Origin: Polymyxa betae A26-41
Taxonomy: Eukaryota > Protista > Endomyxa: Phytomyxea
Length of the DNA: 64,000 nucleotides
Direction: 5' to 3'
NCBI GenBank assembly: GCA_003693705.1
Contig: RBZT01000588.1
Location: 124,001 to 188,000 of the forward strand
Below are positions 61,019-64,000 of this stretch, in pieces. The notes under the pieces are model-generated. The model was not told the DNA's origin. It worked only from the letters and a program-made list of their open reading frames with translations, and did not search any database. The position numbers were made by a program, and so were the translations under genes. How positions within the stretch are numbered: position 1 is the first letter of the stretch; every line of letters begins with the position of its first letter.

Positions 61019-62548
61019 TTAAACCGGATCTTCTTCGTCGCTCAGTGATCCGCTCGTTCTTCTGATATCCGGAGGCTCAATCTGAAGTGGAGTCGCGTCA
61101 TCTCGACATTCGAGATCGGGTGGATCGAGTTGGGGCCCATACAGCTCAACTAATGCTTGCTTCGTCCACTCTTCAATGGCCATCATCGCATGAGACAGAT
61201 TTCCGGCTGTATCTGATGTAGAATCTTCAATAGCTAGCAGTCTGCATAACTGCTCTCTGGTTGCATCCAACAGTGAAGAAATTTGTTCACGCTCTTCTTC
61301 CAGCATGTCTAATTCTCGTGTTTGCTCCTCGATGCTGTGCGATAAACCCATTGCCACAGTTGACGATGCTTTCGTGTTCCATGGATTTCGCCCGTCGTCA
61401 TATCTTGTCAAGGCCATCATTTCGTCTGACATCTTTTTTCTCTGTAATGATAGTTCTCGTACCTCTTCGAACTGTAGGATATTCTGTTCTTCATGCATTG
61501 CAAACCATTCGCACAGAGCATCGATATCGCCGTCCATGCCGATATCTTCGATGATGAGCTTCCAGTCCTGTTCGCGCTTCTTTAGCCATGCTATTGCTGA
61601 CTCAATCTTGATGGAATCGATAGCATTACTCCAGGTACAGTGCGCCCAGATTTTGCATATTCGGTCGATTTCAGAAGCTTGCACTACTTCGGTAACTACT
61701 TTGGCCAGGTCTTTCTTCTTTGGACGTCGCCACTTCGGCTGATCACCGGATCGGAATTGCCGAAGACGTTCGTCAATAGCACTCTTTTCGGCAACTATAG
61801 CCATTATATGGCTCCACTCCTGGTGACATAGTATTTCCAACTTCTCGCTGCTTGTTACCAGATTCGTCAATGTGCATTGCGACTCCGCTTCTTCACTTTC
61901 AATCCGGTTAATATTAGAGAACAATGAGGAGATTTTGTTACGTAGTTCAACCTGAGCGGAGCCTTTGGCATGAAACCGATGGCGTAATATTTGGTTACTC
62001 TGAGATAAATCCAACAGGTCGACTTTCAACTGCTTCACTGCGCTTTGAATTGTACTAAGTTTCTTGTTAGCGATTGACAATTGCGATTCAAGCGAGCACG
62101 TTCTTTGGAATTTATGCTGCTCGTTAGATCTAAACTTGCCATAATGGTGATCAGATTGCATCAGCTCTGCGATTTCCTGGTCCAAATCTATTATTTGTGA
62201 TTGCAGTTGCTGCAGAGTCCGATTCATCCGCTTGGTGTCGAACTTGACGTGGTCTTCCAGCTCCAAAAGCGAAGCAGCCCATTCACTTGAATAACTTCCT
62301 CGGATTGATTTGTTAACATTATCGACGTTTCTGATAATGTCCTTCTCCATTCCCTCAATATACTCATTTTTTTCGTGAATTTTCGAGCGTAAACCATTCT
62401 CCCGGGCTAAGCCTTTTGCAGTTGCGCTTCTATGAGCCTGGACCTTATGCAACGTTCTTGAGAGGGCATGCAAATCAATCGTTGCATTTTGGATGATATC
62501 TTTCGATGAATAGAACGGAGCCGCCCCAGGGAGAAGACTTGGCAGCAT
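61019..62548 (-). CDS. Intronless coiled-coil protein, ODAD1/CCDC114/CCDC63-like (divergent)
   Basis: About 510 aa from MLPSL. SLESQLSIANKKL and IIEDIGMDGDIDALCEWFAMHEEQNILQFEEVREL resemble ODA-DC2 family motifs. Confidence 0.6.
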   Translation of the reverse strand: MLPSLLPGAAPFYSSKDIIQNATIDLHALSRTLHKVQAHRSATAKGLARENGLRSKIHEKNEYIEGMEKDIIRNVDNVNKSIRGSYSSEWAASLLELEDHVKFDTKRMNRTLQQLQSQIIDLDQEIAELMQSDHHYGKFRSNEQHKFQRTCSLESQLSIANKKLSTIQSAVKQLKVDLLDLSQSNQILRHRFHAKGSAQVELRNKISSLFSNINRIESEEAESQCTLTNLVTSSEKLEILCHQEWSHIMAIVAEKSAIDERLRQFRSGDQPKWRRPKKKDLAKVVTEVVQASEIDRICKIWAHCTWSNAIDSIKIESAIAWLKKREQDWKLIIEDIGMDGDIDALCEWFAMHEEQNILQFEEVRELSLQRKKMSDEMMALTRYDDGRNPWNTKASSTVAMGLSHSIEEQTRELDMLEEEREQISSLLDATREQLCRLLAIEDSTSDTAGNLSHAMMAIEEWTKQALVELYGPQLDPPDLECRDDATPLQIEPPDIRRTSGSLSDEEDPV

Positions 62549-62941
62549 GCCATGAACGACGAGGTAAATATCTACCGCGAACAACTTGGTCGGTCGGTAC
62601 CATAACGGAGATGCGATCTTTTTACAAATTGCTGTTTGGCAAGGAGGAAAATTTAATTGTGAGAACTGAGGTGAATGATGGACCCATGGTCTGTAAATGG
62701 CCTGCTTCGTTGGAAGATTTGATATACAGCAGGGGTCATGGTGCCAGATGGTGGCCGCCTCGTTTATTATCGTTACAGCCTTGCATGTATGTAATGGTGC
62801 CATCATGCCATCCGTGTCATGGCCAGAACGAATCATATTGCGTGTTGCGTCGTTTGAATCGGCGCCGGCTTCCCTGAGTTGCAATCTCTCGCCTCGTATC
62901 GCCGCCGCACGCCGCCGGCCGCTCGCGGTCGTATCTGCATC

Positions 62942-63762
62942 ATGGCGACAGGCTATAATCGGCCTCCGACGTCACCCCAGTTTCCACCGCTGCCATCGTC
63001 GCGATCGCAATCGGCAACGACTGTCGGTGGTGTAATTGGCCCTACGACCTCCTACAGGCGTGCTGTCACTGCTGTTCCTGATAATCCCAATTTTTCACTC
63101 CTAGAGAATCTTCCAGGAAAGTTCGTGACATTGACTCGTTCAGAGCCCTTTTCTTGTGAAGTCTCCGGTCGCGTTCTTTTCGGAGATACTTCATATGGTG
63201 AATTAGAAAATGAATTCGTTGCCCGTTTATTAACCCGCGTCCTAAGGAGTGATTGGCATTGTTGACCAGTCGAATGATCAGCTGTGCATCTTTCAAACGC
63301 AGTCGCTTGACGATTTGAAAATCTTGGATCAACCCCGCCAGCCTTGGTCGCGTGAAGAGAATACTGGTATATCTGTTATTTTTGAAGGCATATCAGTTCA
63401 TTGGCTTGACAGCATTGGGTTTAACTTCGGATCCGGAAGTTCAAAAGTATCGCGAGAATAGAAATCTTGAAATCCGTCGCGAAATTGCTGCAAAAATCGG
63501 CCCAGAAGGCACCAGCCCCACTGTGCAGAATTTATTTGATTCCTTGTCGAAAACCTTATCCTGCGCTTGGAAAGGCAACGACATTTTGATCCATGATGTT
63601 CGTATCCATCCTCCTTATCGTCCCGAAAATTGCATTGGCTCTAACCGAGTTTCACTGAGCCGTATCCAGAAAATTGTAATGTTTCCATGTGAATTGTCCC
63701 ATTATGTATTTAGCCAGATTTAGGTTGCTGCTGAATGGAAGAAAATTGACGAATCTCCATAA
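62942..63762 (+). CDS. LSM12: LSM12-like protein (Lsm + anticodon-binding AD domain)
   Basis: Lsm-like CEVSGRVL, then the AD domain IGPEGTSPTVQNLFDSLSKTLSCAWKGNDILI.DVRIHPPYRPENC...RIQKI. Confidence 0.85.
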
Positions 63763-64000
63763 ATTCCATTTCCGGGGAGCGTAGTTACCGGTGTGGGCAG
63801 TAAGCATGAACATCAAGTCTTATCTTTATGGACATTTTTAATTGGTTTTCATTACTGCTGGATAAACTTTCAATGTTTGTGCTATCTACATTGTAACTCA
63901 TGCTTATCAATGCTTAGAGATTTTGGTATATTTCACAAGCAGTTGAAGATCTCTTCGTCACTATTACGCTTCAGATGTTTTTGTAAAATTGTTTTTTTGA

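Noticed and set aside
62549-62884. N-terminal extension of the 621-aa ORF
   Set aside because: It starts at TTG and spans the divergent promoter shared with LSM12. The ATG at 62548 is the more plausible start.
1-64000. Many short or overlapping ORFs suggesting frameshifts, pseudogenes or an alternative genetic code
   Set aside because: They are explained by short GT-AG introns and antisense shadows. The standard code reconstructs the conserved proteins.

Overview
Eukaryotic nuclear DNA from a very compact genome: about 43% GC by eye, many GT-AG introns of about 45-60 nt, and intergenic spacers often under 150 bp. The genes for IFT56/TTC26, ARL13, SSNA1 and ODA-docking-complex-like coiled coils indicate a flagellated protist. 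The style fits a plasmodiophorid/phytomyxid, but that is an inference. The ORF track is fragmented by introns. Manual splicing recovers about 37 genes. Recognisable housekeeping genes are a TBC+TLDc protein, ZGRF1, SSNA1, METTL15/RsmH, TPX2, a FYVE protein, an E-Syt-like SMP-C2 protein, TAF4, CCDC12, TRAP-gamma, an MZT2-like protein, ARL13, HAUS5, MRPL49, GHITM, UCH, glucosidase II beta, LYRM, TTC26, a TPT transporter, MLH1, G-alpha and LSM12. I saw no transposons, CRISPR arrays, rRNA or tRNA genes. The most notable items are: (1) a hidden spliced 66-aa microprotein consisting only of the PDCD4/SERBP1-type ribosome-binding motif; (2) a myosin-TH1-PH-PH-adenylyl cyclase fusion; (3) a large exon-duplicated protein with K/R-WWxW-acidic repeats and a BRI3/LITAF-like C-terminus; (4) a structured ncRNA/snoRNA candidate near 24.3-24.5 kb; (5) a PUB-A20-A20-AN1 protein; (6) a four-KH RS protein with a long, apparently intron-bearing 3' UTR; (7) an Arf-like pseudo-GTPase. 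All calls are from motif recognition by eye, with no database searches. Gene spans include introns and some ends are approximate.
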